From Squalus acanthias (lineage: Eukaryota): a stretch of 64,000 nt of DNA. Shown here piece by piece: positions 38,401-49,396 of the stretch (positions are counted from its first letter, which is position 1; every line of letters begins with the position of its first letter). The notes under the pieces are model-generated. The model was not told where the DNA came from. It saw only the letters and a list, made by a program, of their open reading frames with translations, and searched no databases. Where the stretch lies: assembly GCA_030390025.1 (NCBI GenBank), contig CM059433.1, forward strand, positions 31,436,001 to 31,500,000, in the 5' to 3' direction. The translations under genes were made by a program, and so were the position numbers.

Positions 38401-39776
38401 GCGCGTGAGTGTGTGTGTGTGAGCATGTGTGTGAGTGTGTGTATGTGAGCGCGTGTGAGAGTGTGTGTGTGTGAGTGTGTGTGAGAGTTTGTGTGTGAGT
38501 GTGTGTGTGTGTGAGTGTGTGTGAGAGTTTGTGTGTGAGTGTGTGCGTGTGAGCGTGTGTGAGAGTGCGTGTGCGTGCGTGAGAGTGTGTGTGTGTGTGA
38601 GTGTGTGTGAGAGTGTGTGTGAGTGTGTGCGTGTGCATGCGTGAGAGTGTGTGTGTGTGCGTGTGAGTGTGTGCGTGTGTGTGTGCGAGTGTGTGCGTGT
38701 GAGTGCGTGTGAGTGTGTGTGTGCGTGTGTGTGTGCGTGTGTGTGTGTGCGAGTGTGAGTGTGTGTGTGTGTGCGAGTGTGAGCGTGTGAGTGTGTGTGT
38801 GTGTGAGTGTGTGTGCATGTGAGTGTGAGTGTGTGTGAGTGTGTGAGTGTGTGTGTGCGTGTGAGTGTGAGTGTGTGAGTGTGTGTGTGTGTGTGTGTGC
38901 GTGTGAGTGCGTGTGAGTGTGTGTGTGTGTGAGTGTGTGTGAGAGTGTGTGTGAGTGTGTGCGTGTGCGTGCGTGAGAGTGTGTGTGTGTGTGAGTGTGT
39001 GTGAGAGTGTGTGTGAGTGTGTGAGTGTGAGTGTGTGTGAGTGTGTGAGTGTGTGTGTGTGCGTGTGAGTGTGTGCGTGTGTGTGTGCGAGTGTGTGCGT
39101 GTGAGTGCGTGTGAGTGTGTGTGTGCGTGTGTGTGTGCGTGTGTGTGTGTGCGAGTGTGAGTGTGTGTGTGTGTGCGTGTGTGAGTGTGAGCGTGTGAGT
39201 GTGTGTGTGTGTGAGTGTGTGTGCGTGTGAGTGTGAGTGTGAGTGTGAGTGTGTGTGTGTGCGTGTGAGTGTGAGTGTGTGAGTGTGTGTGTGTGTGTGT
39301 GCGTGTGAGTGCGTGTGAGTGTGTGTGTGTGAGTGTGAGTGTGTGTGTGCGTGTGAGTGTGAGTGTGAGTGGGTGAGTGTGTGTGTGTGTGCGCGTGTGA
39401 GTGTGAGTGTGTGTGTGCGTGTGAGTGTGAGTGTGAGTGTGTGAGTGTGTGTGNNNNNNNNNNNNNNNNNNNNNNNNNNNNNNNNNNNNNNNNNNNNNNN
39501 NNNNNNNNNNNNNNNNNNNNNNNNNNNNNNNNNNNNNNNNNNNNNNNNNNNNNNNNNNNNNNNNNNNNNNNNNNNNNNNNNNNNNNNNNNNNNNNNNNNN
39601 NNNNNNNNNNNNNNNNNNNNNNNNNNNNNNNNNNNNNNNNNNNNNNNNNNNNNNNNNNNNNNGTGTGAGTGTGTGTGTGGTGTGTGAGTGTGAGTGTGAG
39701 TTGTGAGTGTGTGAGTGTGGTGTGTGAGTGTGAGTGTGATGTGTGTGAGTGTGAGTGTGAGTGTGAGTGTGTGAGT
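35476..39776. repeat. Complex (GT)n/GTGA/GTGC microsatellite with higher-order duplication and an assembly gap
   Basis: Continuous GT-based array; N run at 39454-39662; rare markers recur at an offset of 1358 (identical ORFs at 36747 and 38105). Confidence 0.98.
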
Positions 39777-40162
39777 GCCTTAACACAATTTGCTGAGGAC
39801 CACAGTTTCTCACTCTAGTCTGGTTACTCTCTGAATAAATCTGCTAATTTTAATATAAATTAACGCTGAGTTTGTTTTGTGTAATGTTGGTTTACACCCG
39901 CTAGATTTACAGGCATTGAGCCCAAGTTCATTTCACATTGAAAGATGACAGGGAGCAACTTGCATCCTGATATGATTGAAACTCACATGTCTAGATACAA
40001 AGTTACTGTTCTAACCCATGCGCTACCCAATCCCCATTTAGACTAAACTATTGGGGAAATTTTACAAATTTGCATTCCCCGATATTGGGAATTCAGGCAC
40101 AAAGCTTTGAATTGATAGTATGAATTAGTAAAATTACCTCAAATTTTAATACCTTAAAATCA

Positions 40163-40680
40163 CAACAACTTGCAATTATATAGTGCCTTTAACTTAGAAA
40201 AATGTCTCAAGGTATTTCACAGAGGTGTAAATCAATTTAAAAAACAGATGGCATGGCAAAGAAGCAGATATTAGGAGACGTGACCAAAAGCTTGGTCAAA
40301 GAGGTTGGTGTTAAGGAGGGTCTGGAAGGAAGAGAGGGAGGTGCAGAAGCAGAGGAATTTCAAAAGAGAATTCCAGAGCATGGGGCCTAGAGGGCTGAAG
40401 GCACAGCCACCAATGGTGGGGGAAGGGAAAGGGGAATGTACAAGATGGCAGATTCATAGGATAGGATAGTTTGGATGGGGATGGGGCGGGGCAGTAATAA
40501 GGCTGATAGCCATTACAGAAATAGGGCGGGGTAAGTTCAGGAAGCGATTTAAACATGACAATGAGAATTTTCAATTTGAGGTTTGATGTCAAATTTTGTT
40601 CGCTGACGCTCCTGTGAAGCGCCTTGGGATGTTTTACTATGTTAAAGGCGCTATATAAATACAAGTTGTTGTTGTTGTTT
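40163..40680. mobile_element. L2 3' fragment on - (40163-40580) joined to an L2 tail on + (40585-40680)
   Basis: Both ends carry the L2 tail pointing outward. Confidence 0.75.
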
Positions 40681-41666
40681 CCTTTCTTTCTCTTTGTAAA
40701 ATTATTTATTTGAAGCCGATTTTGATGCCTTTTTTCTCTTACTTCCAGAGCGACTGCTTGCACTGTCGGTTTATACAAGTTAACCCATATTCACTGCATG
40801 TACCACACCTGCTAATGTTATAGTCATTTTCATAACCAATAATGCTGCAAATAATCCCTCGTTGCTCGCGAAGTTAAATGCCACCACATTACCCTTTGTG
40901 AAAAATAAAAATCTCGTGCCCATTTTCTGTTAAACTCAATAATAATAATAATAATCAGAAGGAGAAAGCAAAACCAGCTGAAATTGTTTCACCACAAGGA
41001 GGAACTGACAGCAGTTTGCTCGAAATGCAAGGTAGCGTAAAAACAAAACTGGAGTCTGGAACATTAATGAATGCCAGGCCATAGGTAACAATTCCAACAG
41101 CGACAAAGAGCTCACATCTTCTTCTGGCCAACGGGTCTCCCTCTGAAGAACAGGATATCATGACTGACTTGCCAAACATTCCCAGAATCAACATTCACAT
41201 TCATGGCTAGCCCTCCGGTTACAGCCAACATCAAAGAGCTGACTGAAGAGATCTTTGTTGACTCTCAATCACACTCTGCTACACAACACAGGGTATCTGA
41301 GATTCAACTACGTGCATGCCGAATACTCCAGCTTTTTACGCTCCTTCATTCTGATTTTTTTTTAATTGTTCATGGGATGTGGGCAACACTGACAAGGCAG
41401 CATTTATTGCCCATTGCTAGTTACCCTGAGGGTATTAACCATGTAATATGGGATTGGACTCACATGTAGGCCAGACCTGGTAGGAGTCTGTTTCCCTGAA
41501 GGATATTGGTCAACCAGTTGGGTTTTGTCATTTTTCTGGTGCCAGCCCACAAATGCCCAGCTTCAGTGAATTCAATTTGAGGACTGGTGATGGTAGGATT
41601 TGAACTCCAGCTCTCTGTGTTGCTAGTCCAGAGCCACAACCAATTTTTATTGGCTTTTTTTTCACC

Positions 41667-42195
41667 AGCTACAAGGCACAAGCCAGGAGTGTGATGGAAT
41701 ACTCTCCAACTTGCCTGGATGGGTGCAGCTCCAACACTCAAGAAGCTCGACACCATCCAGGACAAAGCAGCATGTTTGATTGACACCCCATCCACCACCT
41801 TAAACATTCACTCCCTCCACCACTGGTGCACTGTGACTGCAGTGTGTACCATCTACAAGATGCACTGCAGCAACTTGCCAAAGTTTCTTCAGCAGCACCT
41901 CCCAAACCCGCGACCTCTTCCACCTAGAAGGACAAGGGCAGCAGGTGCATGGGAACACCACCACCTCCAAGTTCCCCTCCAAGTCACACACCAACCTGAC
42001 TTGGAAATATATTGCCGTTCCTTCATCGTCGCTGGGTCAAAATCCTGGAACTCCCTCCCTAACAGCACTGTGGGAGTACCTTCACCACACGGACTGCAGG
42101 GGTTCAAGAAGGCGGCTCACCACCACCTTCTCAAGGGCAATTAGGGATGGGCAATAAATGTTGGCCTTCCCAGCAACGCCCACATCCCATGATGT
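41667..42195 (+). mobile_element. Non-LTR retrotransposon 3' portion (second family)
   Basis: YKAQARSVMEYS..., then ORF 41719-42144 (MGAAPTLKKLDTIQDKAACLI...SKSWNSLP), a post-RT C-terminus. Confidence 0.8.
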
Positions 42196-42312
42196 GTGTC
42201 CACAAAAGAACATAGCATACCCGAACTGCACACTTCACCATTGCTACACTACCTACTCTAGTGTTGGGCTGTTATATTGGTTAAGGTGAAGACCCAGCTA
42301 TCAACGTACTAT

Positions 42313-42430
42313 GGAGTAAAATTTTGTCTTCACCGTTTGACCGAAAAATCAGTCGGGTTGTACAACGGGCGTGCAACGTGCTCTGCCACATCACCCCTGA
42401 TGTGACGATGTGATGACAAAAATGTACCTC
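42313..42430. mobile_element. 118-bp mini-MITE
   Basis: ggagtaaaattttgtc ... gacaaaaatgtacctc, TSD TAT/TAT. Confidence 0.6.
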
Positions 42431-43316
42431 TATAATTTCATAGGATCCTCAGTAAATCAACCACTTGAAAGGCAGGGTTGGCTGTTAAAGGCAATGACAT
42501 ATTGAAAGTTATGCAGAAGAGTGGAAAGTGATAATACAAATTACGCTGCACTTGAACCAGATCTTGTTTTGCATAATACTCTGAAACAGAAACTTGCAGC
42601 TATCACTATTGTCTGTCATGCCTTTTATCAGTCTGAGAATCAGGCAAAAGCAAATTTGGTTCCAGAAAGAATACAGACTGGCAGAAGGCTGTGTAATAAA
42701 AGAATATTACAAATAAAAAGGATTTCAAACTTCTAATGCAGCAGCTAAAAGAAGAAAATCAGGAGAAATAATAAACTTCCTGATGGAAATAGCCGACTAA
42801 AGCAATTTATGAATGTCACTCAGGAGCTGTTCCAGCTCGTGCTGAACTTTCAAATCACCGATGGCTCTGAGATCTGTATCCAGGACTAGAAAGAATATAT
42901 CGTTCCATAGTAATCCAATGCTAACTGCAAATTGACAGTCTCAACATACCCCCCAACAGAGCATTTCTCCCCTGGCTTTAAGAGCTAATATAGGCTTGAG
43001 CAAGCTACCGATGATAGGAGAACTAGTTAATGATTATAGGGGCAGTGAGGGTAAACATTAGAATTAAAGTATTTTCACCAAAATAACTTTGTCCTTTAAT
43101 CACAACAGCCCATGAATATTGTACTTCTTCTTTACATTAGGGCCCTGAGGAAAGGATGATTACTGGGAATGGGAATGGGCTAGTAATTTACATTGCTCGC
43201 AATCTAATTGCAGTACCATAGCCGCCATATGCTTTTTTCCCTGTTTTTTTTGTTTCAGTTTTTGTGAGGTTTGGCTGTGAAGCATTAGCAAGTGTGCATT
43301 CACTATCACCCAATAA

Positions 43317-43735
43317 GGGCAACACGGTGGCATAGTGGTTAGCACTGGTGCCTCACAGTGCCAGGGACCCGGGTTCGAATCTGACTCGGGTGACTGTCTG
43401 TGTGGAGTTTGCACATTCTCCCCGTGTCTGCGTGGGTTTCCTCCGGGTGCTCCGGTTTCCTCCCACAGTCCAAAAATGTGCGGGTTAGGTTGATATGGCT
43501 ATGATAAATTGATCCTTAGTGTTAGGGGGGGATTAAATATGTGGGGTTATGGGGATAGGATGGGATATGTTAGGGGGAATTAAATACGTGGGGTTACGGG
43601 GGTAGGGTGGGATATGTGTACTGTGGGGATTAAAGCAGGGACAGGGTACTGGATTTGGATGATCAGCCATGATCGTATTGAATGGTGGAGCAGGCTTGAC
43701 GGGCCGAATGGCCTACTCCTGCTCCTAGATTCTAT
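43317..43735 (+). mobile_element. V-SINE (HE1-like) with CR1-derived tail
   Basis: tRNA head ggtggcatagtggttagc...gggttcgaatc, V-domain gtggagtttgcacattctccccgtgtctgcgtgggtttcctccgggtgctccggtttcctcccac, internal tandem repeats and CR1 tail ggccgaatggcctactcctgctcc. Confidence 0.9.
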
Positions 43736-44630
43736 GGGGTAGAAATTAGGTCGCGCCCCATTTGGGGCGCAAATATCGTCCGGACGCAAATATTTAGTGC
43801 CTGGCGCTAATTATCGGCACTGACGGGAAACTTCACTTTTACCGCCCCGGGAGGTGAGTGGAGCGCTAAAGCAGGCGCTGCACACCTCTCTTAAGGCGCA
43901 AAGGCCGAGCAGTGAGGCGCTAACTCGGAGCGCTGGCGAAGCTCATGTAATGTCAGTCAGCAATGGAACACACACACAATGGCACGGGCCAGTTCTTAAA
44001 GGGGATGGTTAATCTTGCTTTCCATCCACATCCTGTTCATTGCAGCCTTGAATCTCGGCCTGGAGAGACTTGCACATCAAATGTGCTGGAAAGTACAATG
44101 GAGAGTACCAGGCAAAGAGCTCAGAGTGCAGCTCCCACAGTCTCTGCTAAATCGATACAAGGAATGGCAAATCAAAATGAACCTGCAAAGTGCTGCTCAG
44201 TACCCAAAACTCCTTCACACAACGTTGAATCTCTCCAGAGGTCTCTCCCTCTCTCTCTCAGAATGCGTAGTTCAAAAATGCCACCAACAATAAAAGACAG
44301 GAAGAGGCCCCCTTTAAATAGCGCCCCCCCCCAGCCCCACAGCGATTGATAGCGTTCCAGTCTTCTGGTCGTTGGAAGCGCCAGGCGGTAAGGCAGGGGG
44401 CGCCACTCAATTTCCGCTACGGGGCGCCCCAAGGGCGTTGCACCATGGAATGACGTCACAATCTGCGCACGCAGGTGGTCGCAGCGGTAAGTTTTAGCGC
44501 CGCCGCACAATCTCAAGTTAAGTTGTCGAGCGGCGCAAACATCGCTGCGCCTGGGCGTTAGCGGCTTTGCGCCCCATTAGCGCCCTCTTAAGGCGCTAAC
44601 GGGTGGCGCAACCAAGTGAATTTTTACCCC
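43736..44630 (-). mobile_element. Non-autonomous Harbinger (MITE), copy 2
   Basis: Inverted, near-identical copy of 11723-12615; flanks TAT/TGT; sits in the V-SINE tail microsatellite. Confidence 0.95.
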
Positions 44631-44899
44631 TGTGTTTCTATGTTTGTAATAACCCTTCACAGGAAGGCAAATGGATGCCAGAAGTCATAAACCCTGTATC
44701 TCACTTAGCCCGCAAATTGCTGGATTTTTTAACGAGTTAATAATGGCGAGCGCCATTAATGTGTCATTATTTCCCCAGCAATTTCTGGCCCAATGTTTTC
44801 TTTGCAGACATTGGTCAGGCTCCCAGGTAACCATCTTGCCTTTGCAGTCAGTGCAATAGCTTCAATCTTATTCAAGAACGCAGAAATATAAAGGCCCCT

Positions 44900-45097
44900 G
44901 ATATTTCCCTGGAGGTACGTCCAGTCTCCCGCTGTAACTCCAATGGGAGACCGGCAGAAACCCCCCTCACCTTCCCCCCCCCCCTCCCCCGGCAAACGGG
45001 GGCGATATTTCCCTGGAGGTACGTCCAGTCTCCCGCTGTAACTCCAATGGGAGACCGGCAGAAACCCCCCTCACCTCCCCCCCCCCCTCCCCCGGCG
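44900..45097 (+). repeat. Tandem duplication, ~104-bp unit x2
   Basis: gatatttccctggaggtacgtccagtctcccgctgtaactccaatgggagaccggcagaaacccccc at 44900 and 45004. Confidence 0.95.
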
Positions 45098-45564
45098 ATC
45101 CAGTTGCGGCAGGCCTCCAGGAGTTTCCTGGTTCCCTCTTGAGGGGTGGAATCTCTGTCCACTCCTTCCTAGGCGAATGAGGGTGAAGAGGTGGGGAATC
45201 CCTGAGCTCCTCAAGCTCCGGTGGGACTCATTTGCGGTTGTAGCAGAGTGACTGGAGGCATGCAGGCCTCCTCAAGGGCATATCTGGGGCCTACCAGTGG
45301 GCTCCAGGCCTGGGAAGGAGCATGGACTCCAAAGATCGGTCCCCTTGTTCAGGCGGTGATAGAACCATTAGAAGGGTTGAGAAAAGGCCTGGGCAATCTC
45401 CCCACTTTCTCCCATGTGTGTGTGAGTGGGGGGGGGGGGGGAGGTTGGAGTTTCTGGCAGTCATGTGCAGGCAACTATCAGTGAGGCATCTGGAGTGACA
45501 CTCGCACCTGCCTGACCCATGCAAACCAGGTGCCCTGTCACTGGCCCAGGAAACTCTCCATATT

Positions 45565-45930
45565 ACAAAAAGGATAGAGAAGCATTGGAGAAAGTGATTT
45601 TTTTTTACAAGGATGATACCAGAACTGAGAGGGTAACACTATCATGCAAGACTGAACAGGTTGGGGCTCTTTTCTCTAGATAAGAGAAGACTGAGGGGTG
45701 ACCTGATAGAGGTCTTTAAGATGATGAAGTGGTTCGATAGGGTAGACGTGGAGAAGATGTTTCCACTTGTGGGGGAGTCCAAAACTAGGGTCATAAATAT
45801 AAGATAGTCACTAATAAATCCGGTAAGGAATTCAGGAAAAACTAAGGTGCGGAGCCCAAAACTGAACACAGTACTCCAGACATGGTCTGACCAAGGCTCT
45901 ATGCAACTGAAACATAACTTCCTCCCCTTT
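45565..45930. mobile_element. CR1 fragments (+, then inverted)
   Basis: LGLFSLDKRRLRGDLIEVFK-type sequence on +, followed by an inverted LVRPCLEYCVQF-type piece. Confidence 0.8.
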
Positions 45931-46934
45931 GCATTGAATGCAGTCCCGCTACTGAATGTGTGGAACACAAATGACAAGATATTGTTCTATGTTATCCACG
46001 TACTTCAGCATGAAGAACAAAATGTTTTAATACTCCACAAACGAGTAAGTGACAAAGTAATTTATTTTTATATATCTGGTGTGATATGTGCAATGGGTGG
46101 CAAAATAAATTGAACCAAATGTTCCTCCTGCTGTTAAAATGCAAAATCAGCTTGGATCAGTGGAAAGCAATTTTCTCATCAGGCTTTATTTTGAAGTGCA
46201 GCATGTGTTTTGTGTGTTGCTCTGCCTTCTCTCCCTGCCCGCCCCTCCCCTCAACTTCAGTCTGAAATGCTGCCTTTGCTCGATGTCTATTCGAAGCCCG
46301 ACGAACATCCCGCTGGTCGTGGTTAAGCACGTTTTGAAATATCCGTGCCAGTGCGGAAAGAGGCAGTGCTCTGTCCAGCCGAACTCACTTCCTTACACAC
46401 CGACATCCGACTGCGGAGAAATTTCCGATGTGCGAAAACAACTGGTTTTCATCATCGGAAATAGAGAGGCGGCCTGAGGCTCGTCTGGACTTGGAAACGG
46501 AGACTTTCAAAAAGGTGCTGTGCACTGGCTGCAGTTTAGTCATCTACCCTCTATTCCTTGACACATCGCCTTTCCTCGCCTACTCTTTGCACCCCTTGGT
46601 GGTGTCCTGCACTATGGGCTGTAGTCCTACCCTCCCCCCCGCCCCCAAGTTTGCTCAATAATAAATTGACCTATGAAACCATAGGTTTCTGAGGTAAAGT
46701 TTGGTCTTTGACATGCAGTCTGGAATAGTGCCGTGGTCTCAACAGCAGCAAAATACCCCAGAGATTGCAACAAAACAGTTCTCAAGGATTTTTTCCAGCT
46801 TCTTCGCACATAACCCTCTTGTCAACCCGATTGATGAACATTATAAGGTAGAATTTGGGTGATTCGCCAAGACAAAAAACATTTTATATGCTGGGAATGA
46901 ACTAAAAGAATCAAATTCTTAAGTTTGACTTTTT

Positions 46935-47365
46935 AAAGGAAAAACTTGCATTTATATAGTGCCTTTCACAACCTCTGGACATCCACTGAAGTACATTTGA
47001 ACTGTTGTAATGTAGGGAAACACAGCAGCCAATTTGCGCACAGCAATGTCCCGCAAACAGCAATGAAATAATGACCAGATTATCTGTTTTTAGTGATGTT
47101 GGTTGAGAGATAACTATTATCCTGGACACCAGGAGAACACCTCTTCAAATATTGTCAGATAATCTTTTACATCCACCTGAAAGGGAAGCCAGGGCATCAG
47201 TTTAACATCTCATCCAAAAGACGACACCTCTGACAGTGCAGCACTCCCTCAGTGCTACACTGCATGGTCAGCCTGGATTATATGCTCAAGTCTCAGGCGT
47301 GTGGGGCTTGAATCTACAACCTCCTGACTCAGAGGCGCAGGTGCTGCCGCTGAGCCGTGGCTAAC
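46935..47365 (-). mobile_element. DeuSINE
   Basis: Reverse complement of the family, with tRNA head at 47300-47365. Confidence 0.85.
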
Positions 47366-48159
47366 GCCTTTGATGCTAAATTGCCACCTTGGTCCTGCAG
47401 CGGTTAAATTATAAAGAAAGAGAGTAAACAGCCTGCAGAAGTAGGGAAGGATGCTGCGATGTGGAGGCAAATACAAGTCAGAAGTAATCATTCTGTAAGG
47501 GTCCTTAGATACCAGAGTCTGGCGGTGGCCCGGAATTTGACAGCTGTGCTAAGCTCCTGTATCATCCCTGCTGGCAATTTTATGGCCACCAGATGATCCA
47601 CTGTGTCCAATATTACTATTCAGGTAACAGCTGCTTTAGTCGTTTGAGCAGGCCATCATATGCTTCCTGGAACTGAGCAACCACAACAACAAATCACATT
47701 AAAATAATTCCATGACAGAGCCTGCATTCCTTAGAAGCAAATGATTGCTAAAAATGAGGAACTTTGCGCATATTGTATGAAATCGTTCAACACAATAGCA
47801 AGGGTTTAATTTGATGAGCGGGGAAGTCGTTTCTTGCAATATCATCGCTGTCTTTGCACACATTTTAACAGGACCCTGGATAGCTATGACACATTTATCT
47901 CAGTGCAGTCTCTCCCCTTTGCAAGAGGTGCGAGATGCAAACACTGAGTGGGTGGGTGGATGGTCCATGAGTGACAATGGTTATGAACCCAAACTAAGGC
48001 TGACAACTTCCCTTCAACACCACAGAAATCCTTCTAAGCGTAAGTAAAGTGAGGCACACTCGTTCAAATTCAGGTTGTTAAAGATTTTTTTTAAATTCCT
48101 AGTGATGGCATGATTCTAGAAGATGACAAGAAAAAAAACTGTACATCCATCAATTTTTT

Positions 48160-48255
48160 CCCCAGTTCTGATGAAAGGGTGCAACATGAAACATTAACTA
48201 ATCTGTTCTCTCCACAGATGCTGACTGACCTGCTGAGTGTTTCCAGCATTTTCAA
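48160..48255 (+). mobile_element. Penelope-like element terminal-repeat fragment with a decayed hammerhead core
   Basis: agttCTGATGA-aagggtgcaacat-GAAAcattaact...ctccacagatgctgactgacctgctgagtgtttccagcatttt. Confidence 0.6.
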
Positions 48256-48549
48256 ATCAACCTTCACCAAGGAAAGGTGATCAGTCCCACGGAGGGTCGA
48301 CTACCTGTACAATTGAAATTGCCGTGTGAAAACTGCACAGGTGCAGGATCAGGAGGGGAATATTCCTCCTTTTGCTTGTGTTTATGATAATATTTACATT
48401 AGCCTGAAGTATGCAGAAATCTCACCTTAGGCCAATCTTTGCAACGCATGTTTATTCATCAAAGTTAGGAACAGCACTATTAGGGATTGTGCTTTGATGT
48501 GTTTTAAAGAAAATTGTAAGTCTTATTTATGCAATGGATTGCAATCAGG

Positions 48550-48730
48550 TTACACAGGAACAGGAGTAGGAAATTCAGCCCCTCGAGCCTGTTCCGCCAT
48601 TCAGTTAGATCATGGCTGATCTGTACCTTAACTCCATCTACCTGCCTTGGTTCCATATCCCTTACTGCCCTTCGCTAACAAAAATCCATCAATCTCAGAT
48701 TTTAAATGTTCAATTGACCTAGCCTCGACA
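48550..48730 (-). mobile_element. CR1 3' tail
   Basis: caggagtagg...cagcccctcgagcctgttccgccattc, as at 14080-14150. Confidence 0.8.
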
Positions 48731-49396
48731 CTGTTGACTGATTCAATGTTGTTGTAACTCAGCAAAAGAAAATTTATAAACTTCATGAGCCCTAACTATT
48801 CTGCTGATATTAAAAGTTACTTTTCATAGGCTTCGACATGTGAAATGATTGACAGCGTAAATTTTCAGAATCCATTATTGTTGTCAAATACTGCTATTAG
48901 AAAACATCTGCCCATTAGCTCTTCAATATCCCTTTCCAGTTCATACCCAATGATAGCAATTTTCAGTCCTTTATAGATTTCGAATGTTTAAGTGCTTTTC
49001 AACATTGCACCAACATTGCGCTTAACTTTTAATAGTTGCCTTCACACCAGAGGTACAAACACTGATGTCTGTGCCTAATGACTATAAACTGCTAAACTGT
49101 GACCTTCTAGAGTGATTCACACTCCGGCACATAAGCAACAACAGTGGCATCATCGACAGATTATAACATCTGGAGTATGATGTCTGCAGTCATAAGAGAT
49201 TTGACTAGCATCAGACAGCTGCTGTTTGGCACAGTCAAAGTAAGGACAATGCAAGGAGAACGCTACATCAAAAATAAATATGTATGGAACAAGTACACAC
49301 AAATTTCCCATGTACTTTCAGTCAATCACTTGCATGATTTATTTAGGGTGAATTATGCTCTTGCTTGGTAAATGAAGCATTATTAAACTATGAACC

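Noticed and set aside
35432..39813. His/Thr-rich ORFs of 986-1453 aa and Cys/Val-rich ORFs
   Set aside because: Translations of the (CA)/(GT) microsatellite, which has no stops in any minus frame; one spans the N gap
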